From contig JBFRWI010000175.1 in the NCBI GenBank assembly GCA_051439505.1, positions 1 to 60,533 on the forward strand: a stretch of DNA of 60,533 nt. Reading direction: 5' to 3'. The position numbers and the translations under genes are program-made. The notes under the pieces were generated by a model, which saw only the letters and a list, made by a program, of their open reading frames with translations, did not search any database and was not told the origin of the DNA. Position 1 is the first letter of the stretch, and every line of letters starts with the position of its first letter. This DNA is from Hormoscilla sp. (GTDB taxonomy: Bacteria > Cyanobacteriota > Cyanobacteriia > Cyanobacteriales > Desertifilaceae). This document shows positions 29,788-41,027 of this stretch, in pieces.

Positions 29788-32700
29788 TCAATTATCAATT
29801 ATCAATTGGGAACCATTTTCGTTTTTGGTAACTTCAATGCGGGTACCGAAGGCTTCTTTGAGATAGGGAATGTGGGTGATGGTGAGGATGCAGCTCATAT
29901 CGGGCGCGATCGCATTAATGGCAGCAACCAGGCGATCGCAGCCTTCTCGATCCTGGGTGCCAAAGCCTTCATCGACAATTAACATTTGCAAAGAGGTGCC
30001 CGACCGTTGGGCGAGGAGTCGTGCTAAGGCCAGACGAATGGCAAAGTTGACGCGGAAAGCTTCACCGCCAGAATAGGTTTCGTAGGGACGAGTACCCCGA
30101 CTATCGGCAATGAGAATATCTAGGGTATCAATTAATTTATTCTTACCCGATCGCCCCGCCTTTTGAGTTAGGAATTGAACATGTAGTTGGTTGTCGCCAC
30201 CACAAAGTCTCAAGAGTATGGAATTAGTTTCTGCTTCCAGTTCAGGAAGGACGTTCTCGATCATCAGCGCTTGAATACCCTTTTTGCTGAAAGCATGGGC
30301 CAATTCTTGGGTGACTCGATATTGCCGTTGAGCAACTTGATATTGCTGCTGCTGGGCTTGGTACTGTGTTTGGTGAGTTATCTGATGTTGCTGTTGCTGC
30401 TGGAGGCGTCCCAGTCGGGCATGCTGTTCGTTCAGTTGGGCTCGACCTTGAGAGATTTGGGCTTCTAAGGCTTTAATCTGGGTAGCAGCATCGGGATTTT
30501 CTGTCAGTTGTTGGGCTAGATCCTCAATTAGAGAGCCGATCTCCATAAGTTCTGATACGCGGGCCCCAGAGCGTTCTGTTAACTCGCGCGTGGCGCTTAC
30601 CAACTGGGGATATTGTGATTCAGCAAGTAGTAGCTGTTGGTAGCGCAGTTGGGCTGGTTGAGCCTGTTGCAAGGCAGTCCGCAAGCTATTGTGATCGTCT
30701 AAGTTATAGCCAAGTGAGTCTATATCCTGTTCCAGGGACTCAATCTGTCGCTGTAAAGGAGATGTTTTCTCTAATTCCTCTATGGAGCGATCGAGCTGGG
30801 CAATTTGTGTTTCTAGTTCGGGGCGCTGGGTTAAAATAAGTTTTTGACGCTTGAGGGCAGATTTAATTTCTGCTTGCTTAATTTCTGCCCAGCGCCATCG
30901 TCTGAGCTGTTCTTTGACGAGAGCATGGTCTTTTTCATCGTAGTTGAGTGCCTGGAGTCTCTCTTCAATTAGGCGGAGTTCGGCTTGCAAGGGGGCGGCA
31001 TATTCAGCAGTACGTAGCGATCGCTCAATCTTTATAGCTTCAGATTGCAGGGCTTCCAGCTGCACTAAACTTTCGCGCTTTACATCGAGCCGGGCTTGTA
31101 ATTCGCCCCGCTTTTCTAGGGCGGGCGTCAACTGACGCAATTGCTCCGACAGTTCCTGATATTCTGTCCGCAGAATTTGAATTTCCCGATCGGAGGTTGT
31201 CAGTTGTTCTCGCACCACCCACAGCCGATCGAGGATTTCTTGCTGCTGGGAAAGATGTTTTTGCCGCACCAAATCCCAGTGATGTTCGTCCAGGGGGCGA
31301 TCGCACAGGGGACAGACTCCGAAGTTTTCATTTTCGGTACCCTCATCTGGGAGGAGATCGCGAGTTCCATTCAGCATTTGCAGAATTTGGTTCAGTTCTC
31401 CCAACTGGGTTTCGTAGCTGCGCTGATCTGCTTGCAGGCGTTCCATAAAGTGACGCCTTTCCTGTCCTTTTTCTAGTACCCGCTGCTGATAGGTGCGTTG
31501 CTTTTCTAACTGTTGAATTTGATGCTGTATTTCCTGGGCAGCAATTGCGAGTTGGGGGGCCCGGGAGCGATCGTCTTCCAGCTTTTGAACAGAAGTTTGC
31601 AGTTCTTCTAATTTGGCACTCAAATAGGCCCGATCGCGCTCTAGCTGGCTTTCTAGCTGCTGGCGGCGTCGCAGTAAGGGATCTACTTGCAGTTGCAACC
31701 TGTCCAGGTAGGCCAGGCGATCGCGGAAAGATCGCAGTTGTTCGAGTCCCGCTTCTACTTCTGCTTGCTGGCTGAGGGTTTGCTGTAGTTCCTCTTCCTG
31801 TTGGCATAGGGCTTCCAACTGGGCTTGACTTTTACGTAATTGCTTTTGCAGTTGGTCAATTTGGTGGGCTTTCTTTGCCAGCAGCTCTTGCAGTCGTACT
31901 TGGGCTGCTTGGTAGCTTTGAAACTTCGCTGTCATCGCTGCTTCGCGCTCTTGCAACTGTTGGAAATGCTTCTGGGCGGCGGCGATCGCAGTTTTATTCT
32001 CTAACAAGCTTTCTATTTCCCGCTGTTTGGTGGTTGCTGTTGTTAATTCTTGCTCCAGGCGATCGCACTCCTCCTTAAGGACGCGGTACCGACTGCGATG
32101 CCAGTCGAGCTGTTGCTGCGCTCGTTGCTGTTGGTGATATAGACCTTGCCAGCTTTGCAGTTGTTGTCGAGCGACGTTTTGCGAGGCGCTGAGTGCAGCA
32201 GTTTCCTTTTCCAGCTTGGCTAGTTCTTCGGCGTAGTCCCTGTCCGATAGACGCTCCCTTTCCATCTCCGACAGCTTGTGAGCCAGCAGATCCACTTGTC
32301 CTTTCAGAAGGCGCGATCGCTCCTTTGCCTGTTCTGCCAAAAAGTCATACCGATCTAGACCGAGAAGCTTTGCCAGGATCTGCTTGCGTTCAGTCGGACC
32401 CTTAAGCATAAACTCATCTGCGCCACCTTGACGCAAATAGGCAGAATTAATAAAGGTCTCGTAGTCTAGCTTTAAATGTTGTATAATCAGCCGTTGGGTT
32501 GCCCGTCTTTTCAGAGCGGTCAAGGTACGAAAGCCATTTCCTTGGAGCACCTGAAATTCCAGCTTACTAGGACTTCCCAGTTGACGGGAGCGAATTACCC
32601 GATAGGTTTGGGAGTCCTTGGAGAAAAGAAAGTCAACCCTAACCTCCCGAGTCCCAATATGTATCAGGTCATCTTCCGACGCGGCGCGGCTTTCTCCCCA

Positions 32701-32844
32701 CAGACTCCAGGCGATCGCATCGATCAGTCCCGACTTGCCCGAGCCATTCTTTCCACAAATGCAGGCGGTATGCAAGCCGCGAAAATCTAGGGTTGCCTCG
32801 CGATAGCTGAGGAAGTTTAAGATCGTTAGTTCTAGCGGGATCAT
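29788..32844 (-). CDS. sbcC: Exonuclease subunit SbcC (Rad50-like)
   Basis: Walker A GKNGSGKS, coiled coil with CPLC zinc hook, YSGGE signature, IVDEGFG, TITH. Confidence 0.95.
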   Translation of the reverse strand: MIPLELTILNFLSYREATLDFRGLHTACICGKNGSGKSGLIDAIAWSLWGESRAASEDDLIHIGTREVRVDFLFSKDSQTYRVIRSRQLGSPSKLEFQVLQGNGFRTLTALKRRATQRLIIQHLKLDYETFINSAYLRQGGADEFMLKGPTERKQILAKLLGLDRYDFLAEQAKERSRLLKGQVDLLAHKLSEMERERLSDRDYAEELAKLEKETAALSASQNVARQQLQSWQGLYHQQQRAQQQLDWHRSRYRVLKEECDRLEQELTTATTKQREIESLLENKTAIAAAQKHFQQLQEREAAMTAKFQSYQAAQVRLQELLAKKAHQIDQLQKQLRKSQAQLEALCQQEEELQQTLSQQAEVEAGLEQLRSFRDRLAYLDRLQLQVDPLLRRRQQLESQLERDRAYLSAKLEELQTSVQKLEDDRSRAPQLAIAAQEIQHQIQQLEKQRTYQQRVLEKGQERRHFMERLQADQRSYETQLGELNQILQMLNGTRDLLPDEGTENENFGVCPLCDRPLDEHHWDLVRQKHLSQQQEILDRLWVVREQLTTSDREIQILRTEYQELSEQLRQLTPALEKRGELQARLDVKRESLVQLEALQSEAIKIERSLRTAEYAAPLQAELRLIEERLQALNYDEKDHALVKEQLRRWRWAEIKQAEIKSALKRQKLILTQRPELETQIAQLDRSIEELEKTSPLQRQIESLEQDIDSLGYNLDDHNSLRTALQQAQPAQLRYQQLLLAESQYPQLVSATRELTERSGARVSELMEIGSLIEDLAQQLTENPDAATQIKALEAQISQGRAQLNEQHARLGRLQQQQQHQITHQTQYQAQQQQYQVAQRQYRVTQELAHAFSKKGIQALMIENVLPELEAETNSILLRLCGGDNQLHVQFLTQKAGRSGKNKLIDTLDILIADSRGTRPYETYSGGEAFRVNFAIRLALARLLAQRSGTSLQMLIVDEGFGTQDREGCDRLVAAINAIAPDMSCILTITHIPYLKEAFGTRIEVTKNENGSQLIIDN

Positions 32845-33511
32845 GCGGTCGATATCGCCAAAGGCTGCACGTACTTTAACAATTAATAGCATCGCATTAC
32901 AGTTTTGGCCAGTGCAATTCCAGATTTTTTTATTTCTTAAGAATCTGTAAATAACCATTAAGCGATATTTTACTTCCAGAGATCGAGAGGTGCTAGTTAA
33001 TGGTTGGTAGTGCGTAGTTCGTAAATTGTGGTTAATAGGTCGGAGTTGACCCCTGGTAAATAGGTTACCAAAATCTTAGACGGGCGATCGCCTTAGTTGC
33101 CAGCCTTTACCCGCCTCCCTACTCTCAACAAATAAAAGTTAAGCAAGGATAAAAAATGTTCCCTTGCGATCTGCGATTTTTTGGAAGAATAAAACCTCAG
33201 ATCACCGTACAAACACTGGAGTTCGGTAAAATTTTTTTAAATTCCAAAAACATTACCATCCCTCTAGCCCCCACCCATCCACCCTTATGGTACTGATCGA
33301 CTGATCGCTTTGTCATCGTGGAGAATACGGAATTTATGTTAATTTTTGACGAAATTTCGACATTTTTATACGGGGTTATACCCTAATTTTAACTGTGACT
33401 AGCCTCGGGAGTCAAATTACTGCCTATTTAGAGAGGCAAGCAGCATACCTTCTGTAGACTTTCTCTTAAGGGAAAGAATGGAACGCAGGAAACTTGCACG
33501 ATTTTCTGCGC

Positions 33512-34345
33512 CTACCCGAGGTTATCAAACATTGCGGCCCAGTCGATCGCCTCTGGTCTCGGTCCCTTATTGACGATCTCAAAAACCTTGCCTTCTGTGA
33601 CCGAGTTGCCAATAGATTCTACACAAGCTGAGGCCACATCAATGCGACTGGCCTCTCCTAATAGAGTATCCCCCGTGCCCACTACCACACCCAATTTCCC
33701 TCCTGTGGTCGCCTTCAAAAGCGTATTTAAGTCGTAGGAAGTGTAAGGACCGTCGATCAGCCGTCCCGGGCGGATAATAGTATAAGGTAGCCCAGAACCG
33801 ACGATCGCCTCTTCTCCTTTTTGCTTAGCATCCAGTACCCCGAAAGCATTGAGAATATTAAAAGGTGGTTTCTTTTTCCTTCTTATGCCAATGGAGGAGA
33901 CAAAAATAAACCGCTTTAATGTTTTTGGTGCTGCTGCCACCAGGTTGCTAACACCCTCTGCGTCCACCTTGTCGGGACTATTATTTGCCCGATCGCGCGT
34001 TGATTCAGGATTTAGATATATCTTCAGCCATTCTATTGGATTTTCTTCCCCCTTCTCAATTGTATCTAATTCCCACATACTCGACGGAAAAGCCGTAGTT
34101 CCCGCACAGCAAACGATGAGATCGACATTCTCCACGGCAGCAGGAAGAGTAGCGGGATCGCGGATGTCTCCAACGGCAATTTCTACCTGGTTATCGAACA
34201 TCTTTTCAGCTTTATGAGCATTTCTTACTAGAACGCGAACCAGATAATTTTTTTCTAGTAACTTGGCCACTGTTAGCTGTCCGACGCCCCCCGTGGCCCC
34301 CGCTACTAAAACCCGATCGCCCCTTAATTTTTCCGTTGCAGTCAT
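33512..34345 (-). CDS. NAD(P)-binding atypical SDR (NmrA-like)
   Basis: LVAGATGGVG, YTIIRPGRLIDGP, SRIDVA. Confidence 0.88.
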   Translation of the reverse strand: MTATEKLRGDRVLVAGATGGVGQLTVAKLLEKNYLVRVLVRNAHKAEKMFDNQVEIAVGDIRDPATLPAAVENVDLIVCCAGTTAFPSSMWELDTIEKGEENPIEWLKIYLNPESTRDRANNSPDKVDAEGVSNLVAAAPKTLKRFIFVSSIGIRRKKKPPFNILNAFGVLDAKQKGEEAIVGSGLPYTIIRPGRLIDGPYTSYDLNTLLKATTGGKLGVVVGTGDTLLGEASRIDVASACVESIGNSVTEGKVFEIVNKGPRPEAIDWAAMFDNLG

Positions 34346-34469
34346 CACAGTTCCTCCTGTTGTAGTGGGCACCGAAACCTGTAAAATAGGTAGTGGGTCG
34401 TGCTTGCTACTAGCTTACCACGTCCGTTTTCTCCCTCACGGTGCGCGTGCTATCATTAAACTACATGCT

Positions 34470-34562
34470 AGTGACCAGTTATCAGTGACCAGTGACCAGT
34501 GACCAGTGACAACGTTCCAACTGACAACTGACAACTGACAACGTTCCCACCAACAACTGACA
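34470..34562. repeat. STRR heptamers AGTGACC and AACTGAC
   Basis: Tandem 7-mers upstream of the M48 gene. Confidence 0.7.
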
Positions 34563-34576
34563 AAGTACAATTACTC

Positions 34577-35578
34577 ATGCCTAGTTACCCCGGAATTTCC
34601 AGTGAAGCATTCAGACATCCCCTCGATCGGGAGGCAGAACGAGCATTACGCAGCGTCCCCGGATTCGATCTAGTTGCCCGCAAGTTTGTAGAATTTATCT
34701 ATGAACGCCCCCAGTTAGTCTTTTTCATGGGCAATAGCATTCAAGTAGGACCGCGTCAGTATGCTAGTATTTACCAGATATATCGCGAATGCCTCCGAGA
34801 TTTAAACATTTATCCCGAACCAGGGTTGTTTGTCTCTCAAAATGCCCAGGTCAATGCCTATGCCCTCGGACAACAGCAACCATATATAATTGTAAATACC
34901 GGTTTAATAGACTTACTCAGCGAAGCGGAAATGCGTGCAGTGCTGGCCCACGAGTTAGGACATATCAAGTGCGGTCATACCATTCTGATTCAAATGGGGA
35001 TCTGGGCAATGGGTGCCGCCTCGATACTGGGAGAAATGACATTGGGCATTGGAACTCTCGTCAGCACGGGATTAATATATGCCTTTTATGAATGGCAACG
35101 TAAAGCTGAGTTATCATGCGATCGGGCAGCTCTATTGGTGACCGATGATCTAAACGTAGTCATGCAAACCATGATGCAGCTTGCTGGTGGCAGTGCTAAG
35201 TACGCTCGCGAAGTGAGCTTGGATGAGTTTATCCGCCAATCCGAAAATTATCAAGAGTTGGATCGAGATAACCTCAATCAGGTATATAAGTTTCTCCTCT
35301 ACAACGGCATGCAAGGGACCATGCTCAGTCATCCCTTCCCAGTTGACCGCTTACACCATTTACAGACCTGGGCGCAGTCTGAAGAATATCGCCAAATTCG
35401 TCAAGGAAATTATCAGCGAGATCCAGCCCAAGGAGCAGTTAACGTGGAAGCAGAAACCCCGCCATCCCAGGGATCGCCAGGGAACGAGGCAGAAAACTTG
35501 CGCCGTCAAATCCAGGAATTGCAGCAGGAAATTGACCGGATGAAGTCCCACCAGAATGACCGCGATACATCTGATTGA
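34577..35578 (+). CDS. M48 family metallopeptidase
   Basis: AVLAHELGH, RKAELSCDRAA, SHP. Confidence 0.92.
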   Translation: MPSYPGISSEAFRHPLDREAERALRSVPGFDLVARKFVEFIYERPQLVFFMGNSIQVGPRQYASIYQIYRECLRDLNIYPEPGLFVSQNAQVNAYALGQQQPYIIVNTGLIDLLSEAEMRAVLAHELGHIKCGHTILIQMGIWAMGAASILGEMTLGIGTLVSTGLIYAFYEWQRKAELSCDRAALLVTDDLNVVMQTMMQLAGGSAKYAREVSLDEFIRQSENYQELDRDNLNQVYKFLLYNGMQGTMLSHPFPVDRLHHLQTWAQSEEYRQIRQGNYQRDPAQGAVNVEAETPPSQGSPGNEAENLRRQIQELQQEIDRMKSHQNDRDTSD

Positions 35579-35593
35579 TCGTCTTTTCGTACC

Positions 35594-36253
35594 ATGCCTT
35601 TGCTAATTTTGATTGCTGAAGATGACTTAGGGACTCGTATGGCTATCCATGACTACCTGGAACAGTCTGGCTACGGTGCGATCGCCGCCGAGAATGGAAA
35701 ACAAGCCCTAGAAATGGTGGCCAAATACCAACCGCACTTGATTATTACAGATATTGCCATGCCCCTAATAGATGGCTACGAGTTCGTCCGACAAGTCCGC
35801 CAACAACCAGCCCTGCGCTTATTACCAGTCATCTTCTTAACCGCGCGGAATTCTACCGAAGAGCGAATTCGGGGGTATCAGTTAGGGTGCGACCTATATT
35901 TGCCCAAGCCATTTGAATTGGAAGAACTTGCAGCAGTAGTGCGCAACTTGCTAGAGCGATCGCAGTTAATTGAATCAGAATGGCGATCGCGTCTGCAAGC
36001 CACCGACAAACCCACCCCGCCACCCCAGACCCCGACAAGGGAGTCAACTAGCTTGGATCTGAGTCTGACCTCACGAGAACAGGAAGTCTTGATCCTGATT
36101 ACCACCGGTCTTTCTAATGCTCAAATTGGCGCCACCCTGCACCTAAGTCCCCGGACCATAGAAAAGTACGTCAGCAGCCTGCTGCGGAAAACCTCCACCA
36201 GCAATCGCGCCGAACTGGTACATTTCGCCATGCAGCATCAGCTTGTCAAGTAG
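35594..36253 (+). CDS. NarL/LuxR family response regulator (Ycf29-like)
   Basis: Receiver domain (EDD, TDIAMP, KPF) plus LuxR HTH (REQEVL...GLSNAQI...SPRTIEKYVSSL). Confidence 0.92.
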   Translation: MPLLILIAEDDLGTRMAIHDYLEQSGYGAIAAENGKQALEMVAKYQPHLIITDIAMPLIDGYEFVRQVRQQPALRLLPVIFLTARNSTEERIRGYQLGCDLYLPKPFELEELAAVVRNLLERSQLIESEWRSRLQATDKPTPPPQTPTRESTSLDLSLTSREQEVLILITTGLSNAQIGATLHLSPRTIEKYVSSLLRKTSTSNRAELVHFAMQHQLVK

Positions 36254-36728
36254 ATCTGGCCCGATCTTGAACGTATTCTAGAAGACCCTCACAGGCATCC
36301 ATCAGTAAATCGATTACATTATTAAATCCCTCGGGCCCCCCGTAATAGGGGTCTGGAACTTCTTTTTCTCTGTGGCGGGTGCAGAAATCACACATCAACC
36401 TCACCTTGTCGGCGTACTTTCCCGCCCGGTCTAGAGAGATTATTTTCCGGTAGTTTTCCCTGTCCATCGCTAGAATCATGTCGAACTCCTGAAAATCTTC
36501 CGGCTTAAACTGGCGGGCCCTACCTTTAAGTGTAATCCCTTGCTTCCCCGCCGCCGCCGCCATCCGCCGGTCTGGAGGACTCCCAATATGATAGCTGCTA
36601 GTGCCTGCCGAGTCGCAGACAATTGCCTCGGACAGATTAGCTTTATCTATCAGATGATTCATAATGTTCTCTGCTGAGGGCGATCGACAGATATTCCCCA
36701 GGCAGACAAATAGCAGTTTCTCAGGCAT
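36246..36728 (-). CDS. Low molecular weight protein-tyrosine phosphatase
   Basis: VCLGNICRS and DPYYGG. Confidence 0.95.
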   Translation of the reverse strand: MPEKLLFVCLGNICRSPSAENIMNHLIDKANLSEAIVCDSAGTSSYHIGSPPDRRMAAAAGKQGITLKGRARQFKPEDFQEFDMILAMDRENYRKIISLDRAGKYADKVRLMCDFCTRHREKEVPDPYYGGPEGFNNVIDLLMDACEGLLEYVQDRARST

Positions 36729-36887
36729 AGTTACATTAAAAGTCAATTATTTGGCGTACTCAACTTCTACCATGACGGCTTACCCAACACTGGCAGAAAC
36801 TGAGTGCTGTGATTAAGCTAGAGATCCTCTTTTTGACCGCACGCGATCGGTAGTCAGACTACTTACAACTGACTACCGATCGGACAA

Positions 36888-37232
36888 TCACATTCCTGGA
36901 AGATTCAACCCTTCCGTGAGATTTTCCATACGTTCCCGCATTGTTTCGGTTGACTTATTATAGGCATCAACCATAGCAGCCGTGACCATGTCAGAGACTA
37001 CATCTGCCTCTTCTGACATCAACTCCGGTGCTATTGTAACTCGCTGGGGTCGTTGATTGCCATTGAGAACAACCTTCACCAGACCACCACCAGCCGAGCC
37101 TTCTACCTCCAGTTCTTCCAATTCTGCTTGGAGTTGCTGAGCACCTTCTTGAACCTGTTGAGCTTTCTTAAAAGCTTCGGTCAACTCTTTCATTTTGCCC
37201 AGACCGAAGCCAAATCCCTGTCCTTTTGACAT
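36888..37232 (-). CDS. YbaB/EbfC nucleoid-associated protein
   Basis: [20 protein letters not shown]...GGLVKV..NGNQ.P; downstream of murB. Confidence 0.93.
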   Translation of the reverse strand: MSKGQGFGFGLGKMKELTEAFKKAQQVQEGAQQLQAELEELEVEGSAGGGLVKVVLNGNQRPQRVTIAPELMSEEADVVSDMVTAAMVDAYNKSTETMRERMENLTEGLNLPGM

Positions 37233-37418
37233 AACTGCTTGTTGATTGAGTTGATTGTTTGTTAATTTCTAGCTTACTTTACCCATGTAAAGCGCTCTTG
37301 CCATGACAACAAGAAAAATTTCCTCCTTGATGTTTCTGGATCTAGAGCAGCCACGGATATGGCTTGGGGTCATCAAGGAGCCCTTTGCCTGCAATTATCT
37401 ATCTTACCTCACAAAGAA

Positions 37419-38669
37419 TTAAAACTCTCCTAAAATTTTCACCTCTGGCACTAAACGGATAGACCAGCGCTGCTCTACTTGCTCCTGAACGTAGCCGATC
37501 AGCTGAAAAATGTCACTAGCTGTAGCTCCGCCGCAGTTGAGAATAAAGTTAGCATGGAGTTCGGATACTTGGGCTCCTCCTATTTTATAGCCTTTCAGGC
37601 CCGTTTGCTCGATCAACCAGCCTGCCTTGTAAGGTTCGGGATTGCGAAATACACTACCACAGCTAGGCAAGTGATAAGGTTGGGTGGCATGGCGCTGCTT
37701 GAGATGGGCATTAGTCGTTGCCATCACACCGACGGCGTCCCCCACTGGTTGCAATTGGAAAGTCGCCTCTGTAACTAGGCTTTCACCCCCTTGTAGCACC
37801 GAAGTGCGGTATCCGTAACCCAAATCCGACAGCCTCAGCTTTTGGGTCGCACCTGTCTGAGATAGCACCTGAGTGCTTACCAGTATACCAGCAATAGAGC
37901 TTTTGTGCGCTCCAGCATTCATCACTACCGCACCGCCGACTGTCCCCGGAATTCCCACCGCCCATTCTAGCCCTTGCCAACCCTGCCGGGCCACTAGCCT
38001 TGCTAGACGAGCGATCGGTACACCTGCACCCGAGATCACCTGACTGGTCTCCTGGTCGAACTTAGTATGGCGAAGATTGCGGGTACAGACCACCAAACCC
38101 GCCAGACCCCGATCGCTCACCAACAAATTCGAGCCAGCGCCTAACACCGTAATCGCCAATCCCTTTGACCTCGCCCAGGCCAGACTCTGCTGTAGGTCCG
38201 ACAAGCTACGAGGAGCTATGTACCACTCAGCCGGGCCCCCCACCCTATAAGAAGTTAAATTAGCCAGAGACACCTGAGTACGAATCGAACATTTGCTTCC
38301 CGGTATGTTAATAACCGAGTAATTAACAATTTTACTCTTGGTAAGCGTGCCTGGAGACAAAGAGCCAGCGCTCCCTTCGACTTCGCGATGGGCCCTTCTC
38401 TTTCCTTGTCTGGTCATGGATAGAGGCCGATCGCAAGAGTTTTCCGACCCTTGAGTGGTTTTCGATTGGGTCTCCTCTTTCACATCAAGAGCACCTACCA
38501 TCTGTAATTTAACATCAATACAATTGGTGTGAGGAACACTCGTTACTGCATTTATTTTAGCCGGCGCTTCGCCACAGGCCGCAATTCCCTCAAGAGTATG
38601 GGCCCTAGAGGTGGATTTTGTTAGGGGATGTCCAAAGCCAGGAGGATCGTAGGAGATAGTCATAATCAT
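37419..38669 (-). CDS. murB: UDP-N-acetylmuramate dehydrogenase (long N-terminal extension; start uncertain)
   Basis: GAGSNLL, GIPGTVGGAVVMNAGAH, PSCGSVFRNP, HANFI. Confidence 0.95.
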   Translation of the reverse strand: MIMTISYDPPGFGHPLTKSTSRAHTLEGIAACGEAPAKINAVTSVPHTNCIDVKLQMVGALDVKEETQSKTTQGSENSCDRPLSMTRQGKRRAHREVEGSAGSLSPGTLTKSKIVNYSVINIPGSKCSIRTQVSLANLTSYRVGGPAEWYIAPRSLSDLQQSLAWARSKGLAITVLGAGSNLLVSDRGLAGLVVCTRNLRHTKFDQETSQVISGAGVPIARLARLVARQGWQGLEWAVGIPGTVGGAVVMNAGAHKSSIAGILVSTQVLSQTGATQKLRLSDLGYGYRTSVLQGGESLVTEATFQLQPVGDAVGVMATTNAHLKQRHATQPYHLPSCGSVFRNPEPYKAGWLIEQTGLKGYKIGGAQVSELHANFILNCGGATASDIFQLIGYVQEQVEQRWSIRLVPEVKILGEF

Positions 38670-38855
38670 CTGCTCGAATCAGTGAGATCAATAGCCAAAG
38701 CGCGAGGGGTTTACCAATCAACCGCTCTTCTGCTTAAGCGCAAGGCACTCGTGTCGATGCCAAGTGCATCATGCCATATGACACCGCCGTGTCTCCGATG
38801 AAGTGATCGAGGCGCAAGGCGTGGAGATACGGCCTTTGAGCGCAGCATGTCGCCC

Positions 38856-40319
38856 TTAACTAGCTGACAAAATGCGGCAGACCTCTGGAATTACCTGATT
38901 CACATTACCAGCTCCCATAAATATGGCCAGGGTCCCTGGTAGCAGGATTTGGATCAGAAACTCTTGCAAGTCCGTTAGCCTGGGCTGGTAGTGGACATGC
39001 TGGTGATGCTTAGCAATTTCCGACGCCAGATTCTGACCACTGATTTGTCCAGTGTTTGCTTCGCCAGCGCTGTAGATGTCAGTGACAATAACCATGTCAG
39101 CCTGATCGAAAGACTGGGCAAATTCTGACAAAAAAGCCTGGGTACGGCTGTAGCGGTGGGGCTGGAAAATGGCAACAACTCGTCTGCCCTCCGCTTGCAA
39201 GCGGGCAGCAGCTAGGGTCGCGCGGATTTCGCTGGGGTGATGGGCATAATCATCAATTATACTGATGTCTGAGACAACCGATCGCACCTCAAAGCGGCGT
39301 TTTGCACCTACAAATGTAGATAGCGCTGCTGCAATAGTAGAAAAATCTAAGCCCAACCACCGCCCCACCGCCACCGCCGCTAGGGCATTACTCAGGTTAT
39401 GCTTGCCCAGCAGTCGCAATGACAACGGTCCTAAAATCTTGTCCCTCTCCCAAACCCGCGCCTTCGTACCATAGGCCCCATATGCCACTGCATCTACTCT
39501 GTAATCAGCAGGAGCGCTTACCTCCAGACTATAGCTAATCTCCGGTTGGAGGTAAGTCCGGATCATTGCACAATCGATGCTACCGACTAACGTTTGACAA
39601 CGCTTCTGGAATAGCTGAAAAGTTTCCACTACCTGATTGACGGTCGAGTAGTGGTCGGGATGATCTAACTCAATATTGGTAATCACCCCAACAACAGGAG
39701 AAAGCTTGACTAGGGATCCATCAGATTCATCCGCTTCTGCCACTAGATAAGCCCCCTGCCCGTAACGAGCATTTCCAGACCAGGCATCCACTTCTCCTCC
39801 TACCACAATTGTCGGATCCAAACCCGCTGACAGCAGCAAGTAACCTATGAGACTGCTGGTTGTGGTTTTTCCGTGGGTTCCCGACACGGCGATGCTCTGG
39901 TAATCTTGCATCAGGGCTGCTAGCAAATCCGAGCGATGAAAAATTGGACAACCTGCTCTCTTCGCTGCTCGATACTCTGAGTTATTCTCGTCGATCGCCG
40001 TCGAACAGACCACTTGCGGCCAGTTGGTCGCCAGCCTTCGGGGATCCAATCTGCTGCTACAGTCGGAGCCCATGCCAACTGCTCTGTCAGACGGGGTTAC
40101 GATGTTAGTTTGAAAGAAATCCAGGTTACTGGCCTCCTGAGAGTCAAAAATATGAGCGCCCAGATCTTGCAAACGCTTAGTTATGTGTGACTCCCTCAGA
40201 TCCGAACCCGACACCGGTAGCTGACGTTTGGCGAGAACGTAAGCTAGGGCTGACATTCCAATTCCACCAATGCCGATGAAATGAAATGGCTTGCCAGCAA
40301 AAGAAACCGTATTCAGCAT
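38856..40319 (-). CDS. murC: UDP-N-acetylmuramate-L-alanine ligase
   Basis: HFIGIGGIGMSALA, GTHGKTTT, EADESDGS, DDYAHHPSE, FQPHRYSRT. Confidence 0.97.
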   Translation of the reverse strand: MLNTVSFAGKPFHFIGIGGIGMSALAYVLAKRQLPVSGSDLRESHITKRLQDLGAHIFDSQEASNLDFFQTNIVTPSDRAVGMGSDCSSRLDPRRLATNWPQVVCSTAIDENNSEYRAAKRAGCPIFHRSDLLAALMQDYQSIAVSGTHGKTTTSSLIGYLLLSAGLDPTIVVGGEVDAWSGNARYGQGAYLVAEADESDGSLVKLSPVVGVITNIELDHPDHYSTVNQVVETFQLFQKRCQTLVGSIDCAMIRTYLQPEISYSLEVSAPADYRVDAVAYGAYGTKARVWERDKILGPLSLRLLGKHNLSNALAAVAVGRWLGLDFSTIAAALSTFVGAKRRFEVRSVVSDISIIDDYAHHPSEIRATLAAARLQAEGRRVVAIFQPHRYSRTQAFLSEFAQSFDQADMVIVTDIYSAGEANTGQISGQNLASEIAKHHQHVHYQPRLTDLQEFLIQILLPGTLAIFMGAGNVNQVIPEVCRILSAS

Positions 40320-41027
40320 CATATCTCCTTAGACCACACCACGGCAATAACACGCGATATCATATCAAGAATTGCTGGGAATCTTCTATAGCTAGTGGGA
40401 TAATTGACTGGATTACCATTAGCTTTGTGCCCCCATCGCCGCTACAGTAGGCTGTTGCCTAACGGCTCAATTGAATCATTATCTAGTGAGATTGTTTTTC
40501 ATCTATACCGCAGGCAGGGCGAAACTTCAGGAAATATCCACCCCGAATGTGTAATCCCCTGGTAGAGCTGGAGCGAGCGGCGCTGGTGGCGGCCCTTTAA
40601 CTTGCTGCGAGGTTGTCAGTTGTCAGGAGGTCGGAGTACCTGGGATCGCTTTGGGCCTTGTACCCGCCGAGAAGCACTATCTTCGTCGGTGAGGCGATCG
40701 AGTCATTGCGCTCAAATACTCCCTGCTGGTGACATGGTGCCATCTGGATGATAGAGAGTTTTTGGGGACTTGCGCCTCGCTCCTGCCACCGTAGCAAAAA
40801 GGACTCCGATAATGGGAACGGCTAGCAGTGCTAAAAATTTTTTCATGTTACATGAAATAATAATCTTGCGTCCGTGCTTTTTATGGTATCTTCAGATTTG
40901 AGCGGGGCAATGGCAATGGCGCTAGCACGCTCCGCCTTGGGTTTAGAGCCGATAGGCGGGACAGGGAGTGCCGGCGGTTGCGGGGAACCCGATCGCTAGA
41001 CAGTATTGAGAAATTAGAGGGTAAACA

